DNA from: Acanthaster planci
Lineage: Eukaryota
DNA: 64,000 nucleotides
Direction: 5' to 3'
Assembly: GCF_001949145.1 (NCBI RefSeq)
Contig: NW_019091359.1
Span: forward strand, 3,715,159 to 3,779,158
Below the pieces are notes generated by a model. It saw only the letters and a list, made by a program, of their open reading frames with translations. It ran no database searches and was not told the origin of the DNA. A program made the translations under genes and the position numbers. Positions 24,175-35,600 of the stretch are shown in pieces (positions within the stretch are counted from its first letter, which is position 1; every line of letters begins with the position of its first letter).

Positions 24175-25961
24175 GAAAACAATGAGGCTTGTCATGGCCG
24201 AGGGGTCGTGAGTTGACTGGGACCCTGAAGGTTGTTAGGTTACAGATTTGAAAAATAAGTTGCTGAAGACAATAAAAACCCGACTTCAAAAAGATACACA
24301 TAAAAATAAAGCTCATATTTTCATCTCTCATTTTCTTTTCAGTTTTCGGTGGGTCAACCAATGACTTGTGGAAATATTTTCATAATCCAAGAGGAACACG
24401 CGAAAACATGTCTTCCGGTTAACCTCGTTGTAATTTTGAAATACTGACACCACTCCATAGCCATTTAGAGGGCTCTGTTTTGTCAAAATTTGTGAGAAAT
24501 ATTTCATAAACCGCTTCGTTGGGAAAACCCTTGCCACGTAACACATTCTGCAGCAAAGCTGGTCTTTGTAATATCATTCCATGAATCTGTCGATAGGTTG
24601 CAAAACTGTTGGGACAAGGGAAGGGATGCTTTCCATATCTGAAAATGCATTAATCTTGCTAACGATCATATGCACGTTTAATCGACGGCATCTCTATGAA
24701 AATTCTCCAACTTAAGTCTGTGTTAATTTCTTTTAGTGGGGTAGAAAGTGTAACATCCAACAGGCATCCCGGCCGATTTCCGTGTCCCCTTGAATCTTAA
24801 AATAAACACACTCTACACCCTATACACAAGCAGCATTTTATTTATTTTCAATGCCCCACATTTACTCTAGAATTTTTTTACCATAATTACGCCTCGTAAA
24901 TTTGATGCTTCAAATTTATTGTGAAGACTGAAGGCAGATATTTTGGTATCCTTTATTCTTTTGTCTTATATCTTAAAATAAAAACAAAATACCAATTGAC
25001 TCACCTGCATGATTTCACGCGGACCTACATGCAAGGCAAAAGTCCCTTTAGCCAGTTAGCCAGGTTAACAAGAATGAAGCAAATACTGTATTCTGAATAA
25101 CGTGTGATTCAAATGGAACTTACCAGTTGTGATGGGCCCGCTCTATACGTACATAGACCCTTATCAACTGGTGATGCGTGGATCAAACCACCTAAGGTCC
25201 AAGTCGCCTTTGCCTTATTTAGATATTGTTATAACGGTCACCATTTGAACTTTGTTCAAATGAGTCACCCCAATAACTGACCCTTTATCGTTAGTACAAG
25301 TACATGTTAATATTGAAATACACGAACAGACAGCCTGACGGCAGTTTTTCATAATTGTGGCGACGCGTCACCACGCCTGCCAGCAAGCTGTGCTGATCGA
25401 GCTATAAAATAGCTTCATGCTCTGACTAAACCTCGCTGACAGGATATGCACACTAAATTAAACTACGTCACGAACGAAGGACTTGAGTCCTAGGCCTCTC
25501 CGTTTGTTGCTGTGAAGGGCCACCCCCCTATTCCTGCCGTTAGGTCAGGGCCGAGGTGCAGTCCCCAAGTATCTGGGGACAAGGAAACCAGTCAGGACTC
25601 GTAGTTGCAGATTGATGGGCAATTATTTTATTTTTGACTGTTTGATGTATCCAAGTTTTCTTTGCGGAAGAATGGAATTCCTATACTATAAATTATAGAA
25701 TGAATAAAGTTGCAGTTGTTTAAACACAGACGAATTAAGAGTTGTTTATTTGGGGATATTAGCTAGACAATTAAATCTACTTTGGATGACCCTTGCCCAG
25801 ACACGCACGCCTCAATGTGTGTTCATCACGTACACCGCCGTCAGGATAGACTTGAAATCAAGTCGTTGGTCGGATGCGTTTGTCGTCCATGCATGAGCCA
25901 GCAGTGCTGAGCCCGTTCACCGGTACGTGCCTGCGATGCAACCAGCGTGACGTGCTGATTG

Positions 25962-27411
25962 TATGGTGTTCTATTCTATCGCCATTTTGGCGTCGCGTCG
26001 TACCGTTGCTCCGACGCCACGACGCGACGGCACGACGTCGTGCCGTCGGGTCGTGCCGTCGCCTCCTTTCTTATTGAGTTCATGCTAAGCTAATTTCGTC
26101 GCGTCGTGCCGTCGCGTCGTGCTATTTCATGTTAATGTCGCATCGTGCCGGCGCGTCGTGCCGTCGTATCGTGCCCTCGTGGCGTCGCGTCTTGCCGTCG
26201 TGGCGTCGCGTCGTGCCGTCGCGTCGCCCGCCATTGCAAGATTTTATACATTGTGGATTAGGCCGTCGCGTCGTGCCGTCGCGTCGTGCCGTCTCGTTTG
26301 TGCTGCTAGCAGCTTTGCATTCTGGGATTGTCAATAAAGGGCGGATGTCGATAGTGAGCTTGTTAATTGAACGATGCAAGATGTCGGGGATTTACACATT
26401 GCTCGATTCTCAATTGCCTCTTCTCGTCAATAATATCCTTTTCACAATGTTTAACTTTTTAAATGCATGTTTATAAAATAATTACCGTAATGACACAACT
26501 AGCTTCCATTATGTTTATTCGGGGCTTTTTCATGGGTNNNNNNNNNNNNNNNNNNNNNNNNNNNNNNNNNNNNNNNNNNNNNNNNNNNNNNNNNNNNNNN
26601 NNNNNNNNNNNNNNNNNNNNNNNNNNNNNNNNNNNNNNNNNNNNNNNNNNNNNNNNNNNNNNNNNNNNNNNNNNNNNNNNNNNNNNNNNNNNNNNNNNNN
26701 NNNNNNNNNNNNNNNNNNNNNNNNNNNNNNNNNNNNNNNNNNNNNNNNNNNNNNNNNNNNNNNNNNNNNNNNNNNNNNNNNNNNNNNNNNNNNNNNNNNN
26801 NNNNNNNNNNNNNNNNNNNNNNNNNNNNNNNNNNNNNNNNNNNNNNNNNNNNNNNNNNNNNNNNNNNNNNNNNNNNNNNNNNNNNNNNNNNNNNNNNNNN
26901 NNNNNNNNNNNNNNNNNNNNNNNNNNNNNNNNNNNNNNNNNNNNNNNNNNNNNNNNNNNNNNNNNNNNNNNNNNNNNNNNNNNNNNNNNNNNNNNNNNNN
27001 NNNNNNNNNNNNNNNNNNNNNNNNNNNNNNNNNNNNNNNNNNNNNNNNNNNNNNNNNNNNNNNNNNNNNNNNNNNNNNNNNNNNNNNNNNNNNNNNNNNN
27101 NNNNNNNNNNNNNNNNNNNNNNNNNNNNNNNNNNNNNNNNNNNNNNNNNNNNNNNNNNNNNNNNNNNNNNNNNNNNNNNNNNNNNNNNNNNNNNNNNNNN
27201 NNNNNNNNNNNNNNNNNNNNNNNNNNNNNNNNNNNNNNNNNNNGGTGAAAAGACGCGACGCGACGGGCCGACGGCACGATGCGACAGATCGACGGCACGA
27301 CGCGACGGCACGACGCGACGGAGCCGTCGTAGTGTCGCGTCGTGCCGTCGCGTCGTGCCGTCGGGGCGATGGCACGACGCGACGCTAATTTGGCGGGAAT
27401 AGAACACCATA
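25962..27411. mobile_element. Non-autonomous IS3EU-like DNA transposon spanning the N gap at 26538-27243
   Basis: Ends TATGGTGTTCTATTC...GAATAGAACACCATA; perfect 6-bp TSD TGATTG; arrays of CGTCGTGCCG/CGTCGCGTCG in inverted orientation. Confidence 0.8.
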
Positions 27412-27418
27412 TGATTGG

Positions 27419-27649
27419 TATGGTGTTCTATAGCCGCCAAATGTGCGTCGTCCCGTCGCTCCGACGCGACGCCACGTGACGGCACGACGCGACGCTTCGA
27501 CGCGACGACAGGACGGCACGACACAAACACAGCATAACAGTAATGAGGAAAGAGGTGACGCCACGACGCGACGGGACGACGCGACGGAGCTGTTGTAGTG
27601 TTGCAGCGCTAGGGCGACGGGACGACGCGACGCAACTTTGGCGGCCATA
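27419..27649. mobile_element. Short adjacent second copy of the same TATGG family
   Basis: Starts TATGGTGTTCTATAGCCGCCAAA and ends TTTGGCGGCCATA; same GC subrepeats; no clear TSD. Confidence 0.6.
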
Positions 27650-29858
27650 CCACTGACATTGTGCTCGGGCCCGCCTAACAACTTGATCAGCCTGATTCTT
27701 GTTCTAGTTCTGGTATTCGGAAGGACATCGTCATGCCGCAACAATTTTAATGCATATTCATATATTTCCATGGAAAGCGCCAATAGCAGCTCACGCTACA
27801 CAACAGACTCATCCATTTTATACATAGCGATGTCTCCATTTGATTAGTGCCAGTTTCTTTCAACTCTTGCCCCAATTTAATACCGTGGGTGATGCCTGAA
27901 CTAAGATTATTTGTCACCTGATTTAATTAAGAGTCGCCAGGGAATCTTTGGGCAGGGAACTAGACTAGTTGTTAAACTGCACGCGGAACGGCACCGCGTA
28001 CGCATATTGCAAGGAAGGTGGTCTACACCCAGTCAATTACCGACTTGATTTAAAGTCTACTGCGCCGTCAGGAAAGCTTCTTGCCACTAGCGGCACGTAT
28101 AAAGCGAGCACTAGTACAGAGCTAGAGAGAGAGCATGTACCTTATACGCGTACTTAGACTTGAACAGTAATACATAATGCTATACGATTTCTGCAAGGAG
28201 CCCTGTAGTGCATGTTATGTCACGTACGTACATGTACATGTACAGTGTATAAGTACTGTGTACATGTACACACACGTGAGTACATGTACATGTTCACAGC
28301 GTTTGCAAACCTGACAAAACTTTCTGACCGGGTTTGTATCACAAAATACGGTGCAAAGAATATCAAGAATATCACAAGAGCCATTTGCAACCCTCAAACA
28401 ATAAGAAAAGTAAAGCAAACGCCGAAACTTACAAGTTTTCAAGACATCAAGTCGGCCTAGCATAAGCTCCGCAAAACTTCTGGTGCTAATGGCAAAACGG
28501 CCAGGTCAGCACGTCAGTCTATGGGCTGTTCCGTTGTTCTAGTTTTACTCCCTTTGTGTAACTTTTAGGTAAGGCCTTGCTCACGCTAATCCCATTACCA
28601 GTCAGTAAAAAGAACGAATCACCCTAGTTCTAACCCAGGTTTTGTAGTTTAATTTCCTAAGCGGGTCCTCGGTACAATAAATGGGGTGAATTGACCAGAA
28701 GTTAGTCACCAGTGCTCTGAGATTGGAATGGCACAGCCGAAACTTTCGAGCAAAAGCACGTACCAAACATAAACTTGTCGCCAGTCGCTAGAGTACCCAG
28801 TTCACCCACATTGGAAAATATTATTCAAAATCGAAAGGAATGGCAATCAACTTAGTAACCAATCTACAGGGTCACGTAAACCTCAATAAACCTCTTACAG
28901 AACATTAATGACAAATATTTCATAAGTCCAATATTTCTAGCATGTCAACCACAACAGAATAGCAACCTGTGCATTTATGTACAAAGATTATAGCACCGTT
29001 TATAAAGTCTATGTGTAATTATTTCCCAAACCAACTGTTAGTTACATCTAGTATGATCAACGGTATAAACAGGCCATGCAACTGCACACACTGATTGAAA
29101 ATAATACCGGAGTGAAACCAAGACAGGTAAGCCTCGCTTATAGGTTACGGAGCGCGCGACGTCGGGGAATCAGGCATGCAAATAAACTTCCGCGCGTAAA
29201 ACACATTCGTAGGTGAACTAGGTGAAATTCAGTGTTTGTAAATTATCATCATTGGAAATTTGCATAATTGTCTGTGAAAATTGCATTACTTGTACGTCTG
29301 TGATGCACAGGCTACTGAAAGCTCCACACTCATATAGGCCTATATGTGTTTACAAGGATACCAAAACGATTGCATTTGCGCATGAATATCACATTGTTAA
29401 ATTTGGTTATTTATCATGCATTAAACATTGTGCTAATCAACTGACAGAATCTGCTGACAGCTCACCAATGAACAACTTGTTACGGGTTTATGGCCAATGG
29501 CTCCAACTAAAAGGGCAAATGCGATCAGTGACAAAGTCAATTTTGACTGGTAACCTGCGCATTGAACATATATTGGGCGTCATGGAAAATTGGCCAGTGG
29601 TTTACAAATTGCCGTTGACCAAACTTGGCCGAAGTTAATGTCCTGGTTGCATAAATTTTAAAGCATGTATTATAACTTAATTAGTCTTTCATAGGCATAC
29701 AAACTAATTACAGGAAAACAAGGCAAAAATGTTCGGTTCGAGTATATGGGTAGTTAAATTCTATAACAAAAACCAAATACGTTGAATTTGGCTCACTATG
29801 ATTGAACAACCTTTTATTTCAAGCTATTATTTTCCTATATTGATTTTAATTTCTCGGT

Positions 29859-30629
29859 TCATGTCTTGTATCCCAAGAATACGCCTTTTGTTGGCTGGTA
29901 CTCTTCTGCCCCAATAAGAACAGGGTCGAAGATACAGATGCAGTAAGCGTCTTCGTCGTGATTCTTCAGCACATGACAGTCATGCATATTCATTAGGTAG
30001 TTTGTGCCATTATTGCAATCCGTTTTTGCATTTGCATGAACCCACTCGCCGCTGGTATCTTGCCACTGGTATGTTAACTTCCCCGCAAGAAAGTACGCAC
30101 TCTCGATGTGGTTCTCATAGTGTAACCGGGTAGATGTCTTTGGGTAAACCCACGTGTTATAAATACTCACGGGGAAGCCATCTTGTTTAATGAGATATCG
30201 CCGGCTACGACCGCTTAACCAGTTTATATCCCTGTCCGTGCCAACTATCTCAGACAGACCTCTTACTACAGCCAGCGATCGGTAGCCCATCTTGGCGTCT
30301 GGATAGTAGACTACAAATAGACGCATATCGCTCTCCGCCGACACTGTTAACTCGAAGGTCATATCGAAAGACAATGCCACCACAGTGTCCGGGCTGACAT
30401 CTCGTTGATCTCCAGACTCCCCACACGTTCCTTTCCCACTGATACAGTAATAGATGTGGACACTATTCTCACTCTCAGGTGATCTAAGAGGAACGGTAGA
30501 CTTGGCTGGAATGCGTGCCTCATAAGTTGAGAACTTATCGTAATCCTTGTAATCAGTGAGTTGAACGCCGGTGAGGGCGCTATTTGGCAGGGTTACTTCG
30601 GGCAGATCGACCGAGTGGATAACTTTCAT
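29859..30629 (-). CDS. ectC: Ectoine synthase (EctC)-like double-cupin protein, copy 3, 256 aa
   Basis: VVRGLSEIVGTDRDINWLSGRSRRYLIKQDG...HYENHIESAYF...GTNYLMNMHDCHVL...CIFDPVLIGAEEY; clear paralog of copy 2. Confidence 0.9.
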   Translation of the reverse strand: MKVIHSVDLPEVTLPNSALTGVQLTDYKDYDKFSTYEARIPAKSTVPLRSPESENSVHIYYCISGKGTCGESGDQRDVSPDTVVALSFDMTFELTVSAESDMRLFVVYYPDAKMGYRSLAVVRGLSEIVGTDRDINWLSGRSRRYLIKQDGFPVSIYNTWVYPKTSTRLHYENHIESAYFLAGKLTYQWQDTSGEWVHANAKTDCNNGTNYLMNMHDCHVLKNHDEDAYCICIFDPVLIGAEEYQPTKGVFLGYKT

Positions 30630-31487
30630 GATGAAATGTTACTGCAGCTGAAAATTGAACCAACAGCACACTTTGCGAATTCCCGAATGCTTTTTCAAAC
30701 CTGAGTAACATATTAAAAGAAAACGCTAGACATTCACCATTGTGTCGACTGGGCCGAGTTAACCACTTAAAAATAATTGGGAATATCACAAATAAGTTTT
30801 AATTTCCGACAGCAGAATTTTAAAAACAGAAAATGACGTTGGAATTAGGTCGATCACTTTATAAATTTCTAATTATTGACAACAAAAGTAATGGTAACCT
30901 GTAGATGAAAAGCATTGAATTTCAATAATGAGATGGCTTTAAACCCACCTCACATCTGCAATTATGTGGCTTTCAACTAGTTACTGGCACTGCAGGTTGT
31001 CTTTTTAGCTAGACAAAAAAGGGGAAAACGGTCAACTTACCCCACACACGCAACTAGCTCTTGACAAAGCGTCTATCTGAGTATCTTCCTTGCTTCAGTG
31101 TATAGCAGCAATATTGGTGAAATGGTAAACTCATCACTACACATCGACCTAGGGTCGCTTAAATGTTAATAGCGTGGATTAGGGTTTAACTTCACAGTTG
31201 CTGTGATGGTATTTACATACTGCACACACGATCAGTTTTAAGTACTTAAATAAACAGGGACAGTCACCGACTGACCTAGGATACATCGCTTATAAAACTG
31301 GGTTGGGCTGTCCAAATTGAATTAAGGAAAACCAAAATTTGTATCAGAATGAAAGCTAGTTAACTGTGAAGCAATTTTTTTTGCTTACATGGAAAAAGAA
31401 CATAAAATTAAAGTTCTTATTTCAATTATTTTAAAAGGGTCATCTTGGATGGAACTTCTTGGTGCATTATTTGATGAGTTATTGATT

Positions 31488-31872
31488 CGGTGGTGTAGGA
31501 GGAGTTGGGTAAGAGGAAGAGGGGGAATAGAGGAATCATGAGTGACTTGCCGGGCCATGGAAATTTGAAAAAAGCTGAGAGGTCGAACCCATTATGACAA
31601 TATACATGGAGGCAATGTCCACGATACAGATGTATGCAAGTAATATGTATGACATTCCTAAGGACTCTTGGCTCAGAATGGCAAAGGCCTATTCATGCTT
31701 TTTTATTGTTTTCCCTTTTGGCGAGACTGATATTTGGTTGCAGGGAAGTCCGCGGAAAAAAGTTTTTAACAATCCCCTTTATTTTTTTCTCACCGCGAAA
31801 AAGGGATGGGATTATTCACCCCCCCGTTCAAAAATTTTGGGGATATATACCACCCCCGGATTTACACCCATG
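31488..31872. mobile_element. Degenerate copy of the CAGTGGCGTA...ACGCCCATG MITE family
   Basis: Shares TGACTTGCC.GGCCATGGAAATTTGAA and CCCCGGATTTAC.CCCATG with the copies at 62.2-62.9 kb and is similar to 55706-56073. Confidence 0.6.
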
Positions 31873-32625
31873 TACTCTTTATTGTAGTACGATTTGGGGT
31901 CAAGTCTGTGTTTTGAATGAACATTCAAAACAGGCGTTTCTTATCACTATAAATATGCCAAGCATCAAAGTTCCCTGAGATTTCTGAAATACTCCGTCTT
32001 CATCCAAAACCAATTTGTGAAGACCGTCTTTACACTTTAATCCCTAAACCAAAAAATTATGATATGAAACCGTTGTAAAATGTATGTTTCTGCAACTAAC
32101 TGCCACCGACATTATCCAGACCTCTCTGAAGGGGGGCACTAACTGAACTTTTCAAAAATGACTGCCCCATTTTTAATAATAATAATCCTTACCCCCCTTA
32201 AGAGCAGGTGGTAGCACCGTTTCCAAAATGCTGGTGCTTTCAGACTGTGCACTCGGTCCAAGTTACAATACTGCACAATTTGAGCATCATTTATGTTGGA
32301 ACAACGAGAACATTGTATCTGGTATCGAATGAAACTTTATTTTGAGCTCAACTCGCAAACAAAACAAGTTGATGCAGTTGATGATAAGTTTTCCTTTATA
32401 ACTTCGTTTGAGAGTAGTTATTCATAAAACTATCCTTTCACGCATCAGTTCTGCATCACTTAAAATTAACATATATCCCAAATGCTAAATAAGTACAAAG
32501 TGCCCCCAAATGGTAGTAACGCTAAGCTATATGTCGACAGTGCTGAATCCAATTCGATTTTCAATTTGATTTAGTCGGTCCTTTCGACCAAAACCCCTTC
32601 CTGTTATTTCGCGTCCTGGACATTG

Positions 32626-35600
32626 TCATCGTTGCAGATTGATTCGTTTCTTGCTTTGTTTTAGCGATGTGAACAGATGCGTCTTTTTAAACGACTCCCA
32701 CTGTAATTTGTTTTCTAACTTTCTCTGCAGTTCCTGATCGTCAGGGTAGCTCTGCTCCTGTGAGGTTATAAATAAGAGGTCAAATATCTTAACTTAGATT
32801 CCTTGGAAAGCAGTCATATCATCTTCAACCTACAGTGTGACGGAAACCTTCTCCATAAAACAGTAAAATGTCGCTTCCAATTTCCGTGGAATTAAATTGG
32901 CTGTGTGTTGTTCTTATCCTGTTACAAAATAGTCGATTTTCAAAATTTTATACTTTGAAAGGGAAAGCTACCTCTCTCCGTAACCGTGTCAGCATCTTGG
33001 GAGTTGCATGTTCCCGATAGAACTTCTTGGACATAAGGATACATTCTGCTCCATTACTTACTACGGAGAAACTTGGCTGAGCATCGAAAAGCATATCGGA
33101 GAGTCCCTTTTGAAAATACGAAAATCATATAATATCACTAATGTTGGAAAATCTTGAATGTGGTGTTTCATTTATGGGGCATGAAAGAAAATTTACATTT
33201 ACTTTGTCATTTTTTGCGAGGTACTGTTATGTAATGCAAGAAAGTTAAAAATAATTTCCGTGATAAACTATCTTATAAATGAGGCAATGAATCAATGAAC
33301 TTACAAAGTATGACCCCTTGGTCAGTGTTTGAACTCTGACCCATATTTGTTCAAAGCCGTCATCCTGATTAAAAAATAAAGAAGAAAACTTAAACTGTGA
33401 AACGTGAGGTACAACTGCCAATACTAATGTCATAGAAAAGCAATGCAAACCAAAGAAAATTCTATTTCATGAACAAATGTATTTGACAATTTTGTTAGAT
33501 TCACAATTTCACTTGAATTTGTGATATTCCATCATACCTCTTTCGTTACGATTTCGTCAACAATTTCGGTTGCCACTGTCTTTCTTTGTCCCACTTGCTC
33601 TGGATGTCTTTTCTCTTGTTGGGAATCTGTAGTAAAGGAGGAAATATGTTAATGTTCATTCAATGTAATAAATGCTATATCCAGACCAGAGAAAACAATA
33701 GGTCAGTCAAAACAAAAATTCTCTTGTTGATGAGTTAAATCATAACTAAGGTCTTTGGCGGGTTTTGGTGTTTTTGGTGAATTTCTAAAGTCACAAACTG
33801 ACTCAAAAATTCGTCTTCACTGCAGAAGGGATCTGGTTGATATGCCACGGTGTGTATTGTTTCATGTTTTCTTTTTCCTGTTGAGCAACAGAGACGCATT
33901 CACCTTGTGTCTGTTGATTCTCATTGATCACTCGTTGGCCTGATGTAGCCACGTACGATGGAAGCCTTGATAAATGAACCTGGACGAAAAAATCAAGAGA
34001 TCTGACTTCTGATGTCGTTCAATTATATACACGGAAAATATTAAGAAAAGAATGTAATCACAAGGGTAAACAAATCTATTGGTTATTTAAGCATTATTCC
34101 GAAGACTCTAGCTTTATTTGAAGAATGATGTCATTGCAGTGAAGACAAGCCTATAATGAAGGCTTCTTACTAATTCTTGATTTTATTCACTCTAACATTT
34201 TTATTTAAAATGCATGAAAATAATTAAAAGACAAAATGGGAGAACGAAGCAGTCACTGACATTTAAGTGCTGTGATGGAAACACGGGCCGATCTGGACGC
34301 CTCCCGTAGACTCTCTTGACGTCATTGTTTGTTTCTTCACTGTTAATTTGTGCAACCTGTTCTTTCGCTTCGTTTTGTGCGGTGACGTTTGACGCACTTG
34401 GATGTTCGTGATTATCCGGTTCTTCCTCGTGAATATTCAGATCTTTAAGAAAATGTTCTAACTCATCTCTGGTTTTGCGCTGTTGGTAGTTTTCCAGGGT
34501 GCCTTCGCGGATTGATAGGCGCTTCCCCTCCGTGGTTAAGTCCGGAGCCCCTGCATATAAATTACAGAAATAATCACTGATCACTATGCTAACCTTTTTA
34601 AAAACCACCGGTTAAGTTCCACGTCACGTGCACTGTAAATTCTCAGAAGAATGTCAAAAGTTGGGGAATATTTCCTTTATCTTTAGGTCAGAGCCTATCC
34701 CTCTATCAAAATTGTTGTCTACTTCTCCACTTTTCCATTTATGTCGAAGGAAGCCCCCTCAGCAACGTCTCCAAATTTTCAAAGATCCACAAACTTTCCC
34801 TGAATTTACCACTGACCGACGTCCTTGAGTTGTAAGCCTAGTCGACAGGAATGAGAAAGGTTTACCTGTTTTACTCTCTTTCCTCTTTTTCTGCTCCTTC
34901 GTTTTCTTCTTGTGCAAGAGCTTCATTACTGAGCAACTTCCCTGAAATGTAAATAAAAATTGAAATTAAAAAAAGTACAATTATTCTCAGCTTTGAGAGG
35001 AGCAAAATGTGTTTACTTTGTCAATTTGTTTTTAAAAGTCGTAAAACATAAAAGCTTTGTGACTGGACTAACCGATTTCACCATAAGAATCCAGTCTGAT
35101 TTCTTGCTGTTCTTCACCAAAACGTCTCCTCTCCTAGTGAATAAACATCATACACACATTTAGAATCCAGTGCAACGGTTTACGAACAGAATAGCATAAA
35201 CAATTCATTTTGATGTCTTAGTATTTTGATGTTGCCACTTTGAAATCTTAGCAACTCTTATTATGGCAATGCAATATTTATATTCATAAAATTAGGAAGG
35301 ATTACTCAGTGTCATGTAACAGTGTCATAAGAGGTTATAAAAATGTGAAATAAAATCTTTGCCAAAAGGTAAACAGGCTTTTATTTAAAAACCCGTCACT
35401 TACCCCTCTAAAATCAAACAAGGGTACATATCTTCTTTTAATGGCAGAGTTGTTAAAAGCGCAACGTTAACAAAGGACACTTTGTTGTACAAAGAGAACT
35501 CTTGAAGAAAGTGCATATAGGGCATCGATTACATAAAACTGGGGGTGCTAAATACCCCCTTTACGGCCCAAACCCAGTGTGCTAAATCACTGGCCAGCGG

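Noticed and set aside
24369..24380. TonE/NFAT5-like osmotic response element (TGGAAATATTT) in the ectC copy 2 intron
   Set aside because: Short degenerate motif expected by chance in AT-rich DNA.
25874..27783. Arg-rich ORFs (RRVVPSRRAV...)
   Set aside because: Translations of GC pentamer arrays and the N gap inside a transposon; no protein signal.
28225..28295. TACATGTA palindromic repeats
   Set aside because: Low-complexity motif scattered across the window with no specific structure.
17126..30629. Bacterial contamination as the explanation for the ectC genes
   Set aside because: No operon structure; kilobase AT-rich spacers with animal LINE and MITEs, predicted spliceosomal introns, and copies 1 and 2 are gap-free contiguous with the 3' exons of CNBD2-A.
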